62,413 nucleotides of DNA from Bacteroidales bacterium (GTDB taxonomy: Bacteria; Bacteroidota; Bacteroidia; Bacteroidales; JAUNSR01), in contig JAVVPN010000006.1 of the NCBI GenBank assembly GCA_036655755.1, positions 1-62,413 of the forward strand, written 5' to 3'. A program made the translations under genes and the position numbers. Positions 1 through 9,690 of this stretch are shown here, in pieces (the first letter of the stretch is position 1; each line of letters begins with the position of its first letter). The notes beneath the pieces were generated by a model. It made no database searches. It was not told where the DNA came from and saw nothing but the letters and a program-made list of their open reading frames with translations.

Positions 1-148
1 TTCAAACTTGTACTACTTTGTCTATTATCTTAAATCTTTCAAAGAACTCTTTCTTATTAAAACCTTACCACTAAGGCTTTACACTCAAACAAGAAAATAT
101 CTCACATTTCTGATCAATCGTTTTCCTTTCGATTGCGATGCAAAAATA
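1..148 (-). promoter_or_regulatory. Probable promoter and 5' leader (boxA) of an rRNA operon lying beyond the left edge
   Basis: Minus strand has a TATTTTTG -7 box (141-148) followed by CATCGCAATCGAAAGG. Further on is AGTTCTTTGAAA (48-37, boxA-like) and then AAGTAGTACAAG, as I recall in Bacteroidales rrn leaders. The rRNA itself is not in the window. Confidence 0.65.
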
Positions 149-373
149 GAAGCATTTTTTTATTCCCACAAGCATTTCCTCACCTTTAAGATGTTAATAA
201 AAACTACACCATTATACTTCAATCAGTTAATCAATAAATTTTCTATCATTATTTTTAGATATCTCATCTTCCCTTTATTTCTCTGCGAACTAAACCTTTT
301 CTCTCTTGTTATTAATTTGAAATATATTTATCTCTTTCTTAATACATTCCGCATTTCTAAAACTTTAGAAACA

Positions 374-1663
374 ATGAAAAATAAATCCATTCATTCATTT
401 TTGCGACGACTTTTTGGTTATAAAACTCCACCCATTCCTAATCCGTATAATGATTTCGCTGATTTTGATAATCATTCCTGGATTTTTCGTGAACATGAAA
501 TTCACGAGCAGCTACCCTCTACTCATTTCAGAACTTCTTCTGAAAGCAAATTTGAACTTGGATATATTTTAACCCATTTATATTCAGCATCTCAAGAAGA
601 AGTAACCAATTTCACAATAAACGACAATGGTATACTGGATATTCTAACCGATCCAAATGCGATATGGCATTATAATCTCCTCGCCCCATTTCATTTTGAC
701 CAAGAAACCTCTCTCTCTAAACATATATTCTATACCTTACTATATCGACCCCACCCTATCGATAATCATTTTCATGATCAATCACAAATACATTCGGAAG
801 GAGCAATTATGTTACACTGCTACCCTACCGGGAAATACAAAGGACATACCTGTTATATCCAAATAGATATTTGTCTTCCTGTTTTTCCTAGTATTAACAC
901 CTCCTATCATAATTCAAAGCCGACAACTGCACTTCAGAGTTTTACCATTGCTTACGACTATAAACGTCCCTCACAGGCTTTAGCTGAATATAACTATATG
1001 AGAGAGTCTATTGATAATTATAATGATCTTAAGCTTTCCTCTCTTACTGAAAATGAATGGACCCTCCTTCAACATATCCATCCCCAATTAGGAAATGAGT
1101 TTTATTGGGGTAAGAAAGCATTTAATTCCAATCGCTATCTGGATGCCATTCTATATTTTAAAAATGTATATGATACTTTGAAAGACACGTGGTATAAAAA
1201 AGGACTGAATGCCAAAGAAATGTCATTATTAACGGAATGTTCTTATTTAATAGGGTATTCTTATAATGATCTTAAGCTTTATGATCAGGCTTATCATTAT
1301 CTTGAATTAGCAGGTCGCTCCAATAACAAATCTTATAAATACAAGAAAGAGTTTGTAAATTGCCTGGTTAATTCCAGAAATCTTCTTTCTATTATTTATA
1401 TTGATGATTATCTGCAAGATCTCAAAAATCTAACTGACAATAAAAAAAATGAAGAAGACCTCAATTTCTTCTATTTTCTCCTACGACGAAAGGCATACAT
1501 TTTAATCGAAATGGAGCAATTTGAAGATGCCGAATATATTCTGCACCGATTATTAGAGAAAGATCCCGATAATCTTATCATTCTGAAAGAACTTGCTTAT
1601 ATACAACACCAACGTAAAGAAAGTGCACCGGTGGCTCAAGAAAGAAACAAAAAAAATAATTAG
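374..1663 (+). CDS. Hypothetical protein with C-terminal TPR repeats
   Basis: ATG at 374 (MKNKSIH). C-terminal helical TPR-like repeats (FYWGKKAF...AILYF, AYILIEMEQFEDAEYILHRLLEKDPDN). The upstream in-frame extension to 8 overlaps the rrn leader and looks non-coding. Confidence 0.7.
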   Translation: MKNKSIHSFLRRLFGYKTPPIPNPYNDFADFDNHSWIFREHEIHEQLPSTHFRTSSESKFELGYILTHLYSASQEEVTNFTINDNGILDILTDPNAIWHYNLLAPFHFDQETSLSKHIFYTLLYRPHPIDNHFHDQSQIHSEGAIMLHCYPTGKYKGHTCYIQIDICLPVFPSINTSYHNSKPTTALQSFTIAYDYKRPSQALAEYNYMRESIDNYNDLKLSSLTENEWTLLQHIHPQLGNEFYWGKKAFNSNRYLDAILYFKNVYDTLKDTWYKKGLNAKEMSLLTECSYLIGYSYNDLKLYDQAYHYLELAGRSNNKSYKYKKEFVNCLVNSRNLLSIIYIDDYLQDLKNLTDNKKNEEDLNFFYFLLRRKAYILIEMEQFEDAEYILHRLLEKDPDNLIILKELAYIQHQRKESAPVAQERNKKNN

Positions 1664-1713
1664 AATAAAGAAAATATATTTTCTTTGCACCGATTTTTAC
1701 TAAAAATTTTTCT

Positions 1714-2343
1714 ATGAATGCTACTACATTCGTCAATATTATTGAAATAATCGGAACATTTGCATTTGCCATCAGTGGTATACGGCTTGCTTCCGCAAAA
1801 AAGTTCGATTGGTTCGGTGCTTATGTCGTTGGATTAACTACCGCGATCGGTGGTGGTACAATTCGTGATTTACTATTGGATCTAACACCTTTCTGGATGA
1901 CCAATCCCATGTATCTTATAGTTACAGGAATAGCTATGCTTGCTGTTATTCTATTTGGTCGCTATCTTATTCATCTTCATAATACGCTTTTCCTTTTTGA
2001 TACCATCGGATTAGGACTTTTTGTAGTGGTTGGTGTTCAAAAAAGCTTAATGGTAGGATTCCCTTATTGGGTAGCTATTATTATGGGTACAATAACCGGA
2101 GCTGCAGGAGGTGTAATTCGTGATATATTTATTAATGAAGAACCCCTTATTTTTCGCAAAGACATTTATGCCCTTGCTTGTGTAATTGGAGGGATTGTCT
2201 TCTGCCTGAGTGATCATTGGGGTTGGAATTACGTTATAAGCCAATTACTTTGTGCTGCTTTTGTTATTTTAAGCCGTATTATTGCCGTAAAATATCATTT
2301 AAGCCTTCCTGTATTACGAGGTGAAGATGACTATAAGAAATAA
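1714..2343 (+). CDS. Trimeric intracellular cation channel family membrane protein (UPF0126/YadS-like)
   Basis: Duplicated motifs GTFAFAISG...TAIGGGTIRDLLL and DTIGLGLF...TGAAGGVIRDI; about 7 TM helices. Confidence 0.9.
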   Translation: MNATTFVNIIEIIGTFAFAISGIRLASAKKFDWFGAYVVGLTTAIGGGTIRDLLLDLTPFWMTNPMYLIVTGIAMLAVILFGRYLIHLHNTLFLFDTIGLGLFVVVGVQKSLMVGFPYWVAIIMGTITGAAGGVIRDIFINEEPLIFRKDIYALACVIGGIVFCLSDHWGWNYVISQLLCAAFVILSRIIAVKYHLSLPVLRGEDDYKK

Positions 2344-2504
2344 TCATTTCTACTTAATCAATCGGGACAAATACAATACGCTCTTATTTTCACCTAAATC
2401 CAAAATATATTTTTTAATTAACGTATTACTATTAAAATATATTTTTTATCTTTCATATTCAAGTAGACTAAATTCATATTTTATTCATTTAAATCTATTT
2501 TATT

Positions 2505-2621
2505 ATGGGAAAAGGTGATATCAAAACCAAAAGAGGCAAAATCAGCAATCATAGTTTTGGAGTAAGAAGACCGTCTAAAGACTTGAGAAAAAAGATGGAT
2601 AAAGAAAAAAAGAATGAATAA
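2505..2621 (+). CDS. thx: 30S ribosomal protein bTHX (Thx), 38 aa, absent from the ORF track
   Basis: Translates to MGKGDIKTKRGKISNHSFGVRRPSKDLRKKMDKEKKNE*. The MGKGDxKxKRGKI...S(Y/F)GVRRP pattern is the Thx signature. It is followed by a strong terminator. Confidence 0.9.
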   Translation: MGKGDIKTKRGKISNHSFGVRRPSKDLRKKMDKEKKNE

Positions 2622-2644
2622 TCATTTTGAGACACATTCGGTAG

Positions 2645-2690
2645 AAACGTTATGATAGAATCATGATCTATCATAACGTTTTTATTATTT
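2645..2690 (+). terminator. Intrinsic terminator of thx
   Basis: Perfect 15-bp inverted repeat AAACGTTATGATAGA (2645-2659) / TCTATCATAACGTTT (2667-2681) with a T-rich tail. Confidence 0.8.
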
Positions 2691-2705
2691 AAAAATATAA
2701 GATAT

Positions 2706-3476
2706 ATGAATAGCAAAATTACGAAAACAGCTCTTATTACGGGAGCAACCTCTGGTATTGGCAAAGCAACTGCGATTCGCCTTGCCTCAGAAGGGTGGAG
2801 ATTGATTCTTACCGGAAGACGACAAGAGCGTCTGGATGATTTATGTAAATCTCTAAAAGAACTATATCAAACCGAAACTCTTCCATTATGTTTTGATGTC
2901 CAATCAGAAGAACAAACACGAAGTGCACTCAATATTTTACCAACAACATGGCAAAATATTGATTTGTTACTAAACAATGCCGGATTAGCCTCAGGATTAG
3001 AGCCTATCCAAACTGGCAGTATACTCGATTGGGATAAAATGATAAATACAAATATTAAAGGCTTATTATACGTTACTCGTCAGGTAGCTCCATTAATGAT
3101 CAGATATAAAAAAGGTCATATCATCAACATTGGTTCTATTGCAGGAAAAGAAGTCTATGCTAATGGTGCCGTTTATTGTGCAACTAAACATGCCGTCGAT
3201 GCGTTAAGTAAAGGGATGCGTATTGATATGGTCCAATATGGCATTAAAGTTACCCAGATTTGCCCGGGAGCAGTCGAAACGGAATTTTCAGAAGTACGCT
3301 TTCATGGCGATAAAGAGCGTGCCAAGTCAGTTTACACCGGGTTTACTCCGCTTACAGCAACCGATATTGCAGACACTATTGCCTATGTTGCAAACCTGCC
3401 AGAACATGTATGCATCAATGATTTAGTAATAATGCCAAAAGCTCAAGCCTCAGCTACTATTACGCATCGTCAATAA
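2706..3476 (+). CDS. SDR family NADP-dependent oxidoreductase (YdfG-like)
   Basis: TGATSGIG, NNAGLA, YCATK catalytic motif and PGAVETEFSEVRF. Confidence 0.9.
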   Translation: MNSKITKTALITGATSGIGKATAIRLASEGWRLILTGRRQERLDDLCKSLKELYQTETLPLCFDVQSEEQTRSALNILPTTWQNIDLLLNNAGLASGLEPIQTGSILDWDKMINTNIKGLLYVTRQVAPLMIRYKKGHIINIGSIAGKEVYANGAVYCATKHAVDALSKGMRIDMVQYGIKVTQICPGAVETEFSEVRFHGDKERAKSVYTGFTPLTATDIADTIAYVANLPEHVCINDLVIMPKAQASATITHRQ

Positions 3477-3491
3477 ATATGTTAGTATATT

Positions 3492-4757
3492 ATGAAATGG
3501 TTTAAAGAGTTACAACACAAACATCGTCAGGGAAAAGGAGTCTTTCAATTTTTACGCTTTATCGGTCCTGGCATATTAGTAACTGTAGGTTTTATTGATC
3601 CCGGCAACTGGGCAACCAATATTGATGCCGGCTCTTCTTATGGGTATCAATTACTGTGGGTGGTAACTCTTTCAACCATCATGCTCATTCTTCTACAGCA
3701 CAATGCAGCTCACCTTGGAATTGTAACCGGAAAATGTCTTTCAGAAAGCGCCACTGCTCATATACGCCCCCGTTATGCCCGCCCAATTCTTTCGACAGCT
3801 ATGTTAGCAGCTGTAGCAACAGCTTTTGCAGAACTATTAGGAGGGGCAATTGCACTACAAATTTTATTTAAACTCCCTATCATAATCGGCACAATAATTA
3901 TTCTATTAATCACCATTTTTTTTACTTTTTCAAATGCTTATTCCAGAATAGAAAAGATAATAATTTCATTTGTTTCTATTATTGGCTTTTCTTTTCTATT
4001 TGAACTCTTACTTATTAATACTGAATGGAAAACAATATTGCATGATTCTTTTGTACCCAGTATCCCGCATGGGGCATTATATGTAATATTAGGTGTATTA
4101 GGCTCAGTGGTCATGCCACATAACCTTTACCTTCACTCTGAGGTTATCCAAAGCCGACAATGGAACCTTGAAAATAAAGGAGTAATCAACCGTCAATTAA
4201 AATATGAATTTCTGGATACTCTTTTAAGCATGGGCATCGGATGGCTTATCAATTCCGCTATGATAGTATTAGCAGCTGCCGTATTTTTCGCAAATGGCAA
4301 AAATGTAAGTGATATTGCGGAAGCCAGTAATATTCTTACCCCATTTCTTGGAAAATTTGCATCTGTTATTTTTGCATTAGCTTTTCTATTTGCAGGCATC
4401 TCCTCCTCTATTACCGCAGCGATGTCGGGTGGTATTATTTTCGCAGGTATGTTTTCTGAAGCATATAATATTAAAGATGTTCATTCCAAAGCTGGAGCTT
4501 TACTTACATTAATTCCCGCTACTATTTGTATTTTCTTTGTTACTAATACATTTCAAGCTCTTGTTTTTTCACAAGTCATTCTAAGTTTTCAGTTGCCTAT
4601 AACTGTAATTCTATTAGTAATGCTTACCTCTTCACGCAAAGTAATGGGCGAATACGCTAATAAAGGATTAACGAAGGGGCTCCTTTGGGTTACAGCGATC
4701 TTTATTGCCATACTTAATATATGGTTATTCATAGAAACGATATTTAATGCACCTTAA
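3492..4757 (+). CDS. mntH: Nramp family divalent metal (Mn2+/Fe2+) transporter
   Basis: DPGNWATN and VMPHNLYLHS signature motifs; about 11 TM helices. Confidence 0.9.
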   Translation: MKWFKELQHKHRQGKGVFQFLRFIGPGILVTVGFIDPGNWATNIDAGSSYGYQLLWVVTLSTIMLILLQHNAAHLGIVTGKCLSESATAHIRPRYARPILSTAMLAAVATAFAELLGGAIALQILFKLPIIIGTIIILLITIFFTFSNAYSRIEKIIISFVSIIGFSFLFELLLINTEWKTILHDSFVPSIPHGALYVILGVLGSVVMPHNLYLHSEVIQSRQWNLENKGVINRQLKYEFLDTLLSMGIGWLINSAMIVLAAAVFFANGKNVSDIAEASNILTPFLGKFASVIFALAFLFAGISSSITAAMSGGIIFAGMFSEAYNIKDVHSKAGALLTLIPATICIFFVTNTFQALVFSQVILSFQLPITVILLVMLTSSRKVMGEYANKGLTKGLLWVTAIFIAILNIWLFIETIFNAP

Positions 4758-4860
4758 TTTGTCATTTCTAACTTGAATAAAACTTTTGACAGTTATTAGC
4801 GTTTGTTTTCCCCAACGTTCGCATTTCATTTACTAATTTTACCCCAGAATCAATAAATTA

Positions 4861-5238
4861 ATGATAAGAATGAAAATAATTAAATCCTTAGTGATTGCAT
4901 TAACTATAATACTTGGAATAAGCAGCTGCGCAGTGACAAAAGAAAGTTATCTGAATAAATTCGATACATTCGTAGAAAATGTAAAAGAAAACAGTTCAAA
5001 CTATAGTGAAAATGAGTGGCAAAAAACTGAAGAAAAATTCAGTAAACTCGCAGGGGCGGACTATAAAAAATTTGAATCCGACTTAACTATCCAGGAAAAA
5101 CTAAAAATAGCAAAACTCATAGGCCAATATCGTGCTATTCAGGTAAAAACAGGCATTAAATACCTCAAAGAAAATCTTGAAGATACACTGAATGAAACGA
5201 ATGATTTTATTGAAGATATAAAGAAAGAGTTAAATTAA
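4861..5238 (+). CDS. Hypothetical helical lipoprotein
   Basis: Signal peptide II ending GISSC; charged helical mature region. Confidence 0.75.
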   Translation: MIRMKIIKSLVIALTIILGISSCAVTKESYLNKFDTFVENVKENSSNYSENEWQKTEEKFSKLAGADYKKFESDLTIQEKLKIAKLIGQYRAIQVKTGIKYLKENLEDTLNETNDFIEDIKKELN

Positions 5239-5264
5239 TAACTCTTCCATATCATATTCACATT

Positions 5265-5302
5265 ATGCATACATTTCAAAAAGATTGATGTATGCATTTT
5301 TT
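5265..5302 (+). terminator. Probable intrinsic terminator
   Basis: ATGCATACAT (5265-5274) / ATGTATGCAT (5288-5297) followed by a T run. Confidence 0.55.
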
Positions 5303-5323
5303 ATCTATAAACTAAACCTACTT

Positions 5324-7090
5324 ATGAAAAAATCTTTACTCAGTTTTTCAGTATTTTTCCTGTTATGGTATTTAGCAGGACCTTGTTATGGACAAATCCC
5401 CGACAATTATTATCAGGCAGCTGTTGGGAAAAAGAAAGAGGCTTTAAAAACAGCATTATCCTCTATCATTAATAATGCAGGAAATGTGAGTTACGATGGA
5501 TTGTACACCGTTTATCGCAGTTCTGATATCCGCTCAGACGGTAAAGTTTGGGATATGTACTCAAATATCACCAATTATTCTTTTGGTCAAAACTGCGGTA
5601 GTTATAAAGTCGAAGGAGATTGTTTTAACCGCGAACATTCGGTCCCACAAAGTTGGTTTAGCAAAGCTTCTCCAATGGTATCTGATGCTTGGCACGTAGT
5701 ACCTACTGACGGAAAAGTCAATGGCATACGGAGTAATTATCCATTAGGCGAAGTTGGATCTATTAAAACCGCTTCAGCAAATAACTTTTCTAAATTAGGC
5801 AATTCCATTTCACCAGGATATAGCAGTACTGTTTTTGAGCCTAATGATCTATATAAAGGTGATTTTGCCCGAATGTATTTTTATATGGCTACCCGCTATC
5901 AAAATAAAGTTGGTTCATGGACAGGAGGTGTGTTTTCAAGTACTTATCCTCATTTACAACAGTGGACGCTTAATGTAATGCTTAAATGGCACCGTCAGGA
6001 TCCTGTCAGTCAAAAAGAAGTTGATCGGAATAACGCAATATACAAAAGCGGACAACGTAACCGAAACCCATTTATCGACTACCCTGATTTAGTAGAACTC
6101 ATTTTCGGAAATCGTCAGAGTGAAGCCTTTGATCCAGACAACTTAAACCCGGGGGAACCTGAGCCGGATGTTCCTGAATTTGAAATTCTGGCTCCTACAA
6201 ACATTACAGAGAAGACTTTTACAATAAACTGGGTGGCTCAGAAAGATGCTCAAGACTATGATTTAAAAGTATTTACACTTGAAAACAATTTAGGAGAAAA
6301 TGAACTAACCAACTTATTCGATGTAACATTCAGTTCTGCCACGTTGCCGACTGGCTGGAATAAAGACGGTTATACCGGATATGATGCTGGTAAAGGCTTC
6401 CGTTTGGCAAGTAAATCAGATAAAGGTACTATTATGCTACCTCCTGTTCAATCCGGAGAATACCAACTAATCATAAAATGGAAGGATTACAGTTCTGATA
6501 AATCAGATCTTTTAATTTATGCAGATACAGAACTAATCCGCACGATTAAATATATAGATTCAAATACCCGTATTGATACGGTTTCACTATCATTGGTTCA
6601 AACTAGTGTAGTTAAAATAGAAGCTAGCAAAACTAAACGCGTATATTTAAATCAGGTGATTCTAAATTCTGGCAGTTCTCCAAAAGAGGTCGTTTTACCA
6701 GACTATCCACGCCGTACCGGAAATGTTACCACATTCACCGTTGAAGGACTAAAAGAACTTACTGATTATTATTATCAACTAACTCCTGTTGTAAACGGAG
6801 AACTGATTTCTCCTTCAGCGGTAATGAAAGTAACTACTACTATTTCAAGTAATATCGGCAACACATACGAAGAAGATCAGATTATTTCATATGTTGACAA
6901 TAATCGTCTTTATTTACTGAATGCTCCTCATCACGCATCGATAAATATCATCGATATGTCAGGAAAAAAGGTTGCCTCTTATCGGGCAATCCAAGAGGAA
7001 GAAACATTTGCCTTACCAGCTAAAGGGATATATCTGCTAGAGATTACTCATCCATCTACCCATATTATCCGCAAAATTTATAACTATTAA
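5324..7090 (+). CDS. Secreted endonuclease I (EndA/Bsn-like) with FN3-like region and T9SS C-terminal sorting domain
   Basis: Signal peptide from MKKSLL (5324). Nuclease motifs NREHSVPQSWF, DAWHVVPTDGKVNGIRSNYP, KGDFARMYFYMATRY and QRNRNPFIDYP. CTD-like end LPAKGIYLLEI...RKIYNY. Confidence 0.88.
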   Translation: MKKSLLSFSVFFLLWYLAGPCYGQIPDNYYQAAVGKKKEALKTALSSIINNAGNVSYDGLYTVYRSSDIRSDGKVWDMYSNITNYSFGQNCGSYKVEGDCFNREHSVPQSWFSKASPMVSDAWHVVPTDGKVNGIRSNYPLGEVGSIKTASANNFSKLGNSISPGYSSTVFEPNDLYKGDFARMYFYMATRYQNKVGSWTGGVFSSTYPHLQQWTLNVMLKWHRQDPVSQKEVDRNNAIYKSGQRNRNPFIDYPDLVELIFGNRQSEAFDPDNLNPGEPEPDVPEFEILAPTNITEKTFTINWVAQKDAQDYDLKVFTLENNLGENELTNLFDVTFSSATLPTGWNKDGYTGYDAGKGFRLASKSDKGTIMLPPVQSGEYQLIIKWKDYSSDKSDLLIYADTELIRTIKYIDSNTRIDTVSLSLVQTSVVKIEASKTKRVYLNQVILNSGSSPKEVVLPDYPRRTGNVTTFTVEGLKELTDYYYQLTPVVNGELISPSAVMKVTTTISSNIGNTYEEDQIISYVDNNRLYLLNAPHHASINIIDMSGKKVASYRAIQEEETFALPAKGIYLLEITHPSTHIIRKIYNY

Positions 7091-7122
7091 TTATTCTAAA
7101 CAGCTATAAATAGTAGCGGATA

Positions 7123-7189
7123 ATTCTAAAATAAGAAATGAGCGTATTCGGAAGTTAATTCCTTATACGCTCATTTTTTATTTTAGAAT
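7123..7189. terminator. Bidirectional terminator between convergent genes
   Basis: 25-bp inverted repeat ATTCTAAAATAAGAAATGAGCGTAT / ATACGCTCATTTTTTATTTTAGAAT with one G-T pair. Confidence 0.85.
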
Positions 7190-7197
7190 GTCTTCAT

Positions 7198-7470
7198 TTA
7201 CATTACCTCAGTATCTAATGGTGCCGAATCGTCATATTTATCGCCTTGAATAGCTTTTGGTCCGGATGGCGAAATAGTTGCATTCGGATTTAACTGCCTG
7301 TATTTCTTCAACAGCTCATCTTCGGATAGCCCTGAATCATTAGGATTATTTATCAGATAAGTTTCAAGCCAATTACGATACTCGTAATATTCTTCCTCCT
7401 GATAAGGAATTCCACCGAAATTTTCTTGATCAACCCCGGCTTTTGCTTCATCTAATTTTTGTCCCTTCAT
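7198..7470 (-). CDS. Small acidic hypothetical protein
   Basis: 90-aa ORF directly downstream of 7507-8004 on the same strand, ending at the terminator; natural-looking composition. Confidence 0.7.
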   Translation of the reverse strand: MKGQKLDEAKAGVDQENFGGIPYQEEEYYEYRNWLETYLINNPNDSGLSEDELLKKYRQLNPNATISPSGPKAIQGDKYDDSAPLDTEVM

Positions 7471-7506
7471 ACGTTTATTCTTTATATCATATTACTAAGA
7501 GGATAG

Positions 7507-8004
7507 TTATTTTTTCTGAGTAATTACAGGTTCTGAAACAGGCTGTGCATGTGTATTCGTATTATAAAGTAACTGAGAATACAAAAGCTTATGACTATCC
7601 GCCTGCCATAATTCGAGTAATAGCGGACTCTTATGTTTAATTCCTTTTTTAATAACTCCTTCCAAATCGCTCTTATTCAATAATTCTAAAACAAGATCTT
7701 TGTCAGAAGGGTCAATATAAACTACACTTGGTTTTATTTGTTCCCCAGACTCTTTCACCTCATAATAATGAGTATTAAAAGTCAACATAACAATACCCCA
7801 CCCTACAATAAACAAACCGCCAAAAACGAGAATATAACAGGTCAGTTCATAACCTATCTCGGTCCATTTGTCAATTCCCCACCACATAAGCAATAGCCCT
7901 CCTATAATACATAGAATCGGGAATATAACTTTACGTTTCTTTTGGACAATCTGCCCTCCGCTTAACTCTTCGAGTGACTCGGAAATCCGTTTGTACTTAT
8001 CCAT
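7507..8004 (-). CDS. Hypothetical two-TM membrane protein (paralog of 14434-14928)
   Basis: Two hydrophobic helices, then YYEVKESGEQI...YIDPSDKD, matching FYYKSTGEQL...YFNPKDKN in the paralog. Confidence 0.8.
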   Translation of the reverse strand: MDKYKRISESLEELSGGQIVQKKRKVIFPILCIIGGLLLMWWGIDKWTEIGYELTCYILVFGGLFIVGWGIVMLTFNTHYYEVKESGEQIKPSVVYIDPSDKDLVLELLNKSDLEGVIKKGIKHKSPLLLELWQADSHKLLYSQLLYNTNTHAQPVSEPVITQKK

Positions 8005-8033
8005 TTAATTGAATATTATCTTTATATTGCTAT

Positions 8034-8057
8034 AACATTTAAGATGTTATTTAGTTC
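8034..8057 (-). promoter_or_regulatory. Putative ECF-type promoter GAAC-N16-TGTT
   Basis: Minus strand GAACtaaataacatcttaaaTGTT, 30 nt upstream of ATG 8004. Confidence 0.55.
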
Positions 8058-8137
8058 TGACAATTATTTTACCTATGCCCCAAATACTATCGCACTGATT
8101 ATTTGTTATTTAAATAATCAGTAAAAAAAAGAGGAAT

Positions 8138-9193
8138 ATGAGAAGACCTAAAAAAAATTTAAAAGAAAATGATCTGCTGATTGAAGAGGTCAGTTATACC
8201 GGTGAAATAGATAATCCAACCGAAATTCAGGTTATTTATTTTGACGCATCGAGCTGGAATGAAAAAAAACTTACCCCTAATTCATTACCCTCTTTTTCGA
8301 AAGAAGGAGTAACATGGATTCGAATCAATGGATTAAATAACGTTAAATGGATTAAGCAAATTGCCAATTGCATACAACTCCCTCAACTCGGACTACAGGA
8401 TGTACTACAGCCCCAGATTATTGCCCGTATTGAAACCTATAATGACCTGCTACAGGTAAACATGAAACATCATATTTTCCATGAAGATGGTAAAATTGAG
8501 ACCGAGCAAGTAACCTTAATTCTCGGAAAAGGCTTTGTGATCTCATTTCAGGAAACAGACAATCGTTTATTCGCTGATATTATTCGTGCTATAGAAATGA
8601 ATACTGTCAGACTACGATCTCGCGGTGCAGACTACCTGTTTCTACTTCTAATAAATCATTTACTGGCAATCTATGTGGAAAATATGAATAAACTAGAAGA
8701 CACTTATGACCGGATGGAAGATCAATTGCTCGATTCATATAATACAGATGAGAACTTTTTGAATCAAATGAAGATCGAAAGAGCTCGTTATCAGACAATC
8801 AAACAATCTATCATCCCCCTCAAAGATGGATTTTATAAAATAAGAGAAAATGAAGACGACTTGTTCTGCGAAAAAAATACAATTTACATCAATGCTGTAT
8901 ATGAACAATTTAATTACCTGACCCAATCATTGGAAGTCTGTCGTGAATCATTTGATGTTTTGGTAAATGTTTATATATCAAACAACGATTTACGTATGAA
9001 TGAGATAATGAAGCGACTCACCGTAATCACCGCAGTTTTCATTCCGCTGACATTTTTAGTGGGAGTATGGGGTATGAACTACGAACACATGCCTGAACTT
9101 AAATTACCATACGGATATCTGCTTGCCTGGTTTATCATGATACTGGTTGGAGTTTTTACATGGATATTCATGATCCGACGGAAATGGTATTAA
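8138..9193 (+). CDS. corA: Magnesium/cobalt transporter CorA
   Basis: C-terminal two TM helices with GVWGMNYEHMPEL (GMN motif). Confidence 0.93.
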   Translation: MRRPKKNLKENDLLIEEVSYTGEIDNPTEIQVIYFDASSWNEKKLTPNSLPSFSKEGVTWIRINGLNNVKWIKQIANCIQLPQLGLQDVLQPQIIARIETYNDLLQVNMKHHIFHEDGKIETEQVTLILGKGFVISFQETDNRLFADIIRAIEMNTVRLRSRGADYLFLLLINHLLAIYVENMNKLEDTYDRMEDQLLDSYNTDENFLNQMKIERARYQTIKQSIIPLKDGFYKIRENEDDLFCEKNTIYINAVYEQFNYLTQSLEVCRESFDVLVNVYISNNDLRMNEIMKRLTVITAVFIPLTFLVGVWGMNYEHMPELKLPYGYLLAWFIMILVGVFTWIFMIRRKWY

Positions 9194-9217
9194 ATTTAAT
9201 ATAGTAAGAACTAGTTT

Positions 9218-9586
9218 TTATTTCATAAATACAAAATATACTGCGGCCACCAAACAAGCAAAGGCAGCAAAATGGTTCCATTGCAAACTTTCGCCCTTAA
9301 AGAACACAACAGTAAATATGGTAAAGACAATCAAAGTGATCGCTTCTTGTATTACTTTCAACTGCATCAATGAAAACGGGCCTCCATTTTCACGAAACCC
9401 AAGTCGATTTGCGGGTACTTGAAAAATGTATTCAAAGAACGCAATTCCCCAGCTCAAAGCTATCACCGCAAATAAAGGCCATGCTTCAAACCATTTAAAT
9501 TCTTTCAATTTCAAGTGTCCATACCATGCGAAAGTCATAAAGACATTTGAAACAATTAATAATAAAATAGAATAAATACCCTGCAT
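9218..9586 (-). CDS. DMT family small membrane protein (DUF486-like)
   Basis: SNVFMTFAWYGHLK, SWGIAFFEY, QVPANRLG and QLKVIQE motifs; 4 TM helices. Confidence 0.88.
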   Translation of the reverse strand: MQGIYSILLLIVSNVFMTFAWYGHLKLKEFKWFEAWPLFAVIALSWGIAFFEYIFQVPANRLGFRENGGPFSLMQLKVIQEAITLIVFTIFTVVFFKGESLQWNHFAAFACLVAAVYFVFMK

Positions 9587-9612
9587 ACTTCTTAAAATTT
9601 ATTTTTCGGGCG

Positions 9613-9664
9613 CAAAAGTAACCTTATTTCAGGTAGCTTACAAAAAAGTTTATCTCTATATTTG
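9613..9664. promoter_or_regulatory. Divergent primary-sigma -7 boxes
   Basis: TACTTTTG on minus (9613-9620) and TATATTTG on plus (9657-9664), both matching the Bacteroidetes TAnnTTTG consensus. Confidence 0.7.
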
Positions 9665-9690
9665 GGTAGTTTAGTTAAAATTACTCTGAC

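Noticed and set aside
8-373. 122-codon N-terminal extension of the first ORF
   Set aside because: TTG start and F/L/I/Y-rich translation of AT-rich DNA; it overlaps the divergent rrn-like promoter. ATG 374 is the plausible start.
2645-2705. Mn-sensing yybP-ykoY riboswitch ahead of SDR-mntH
   Set aside because: No aptamer motifs; the hairpin is explained as the thx terminator.
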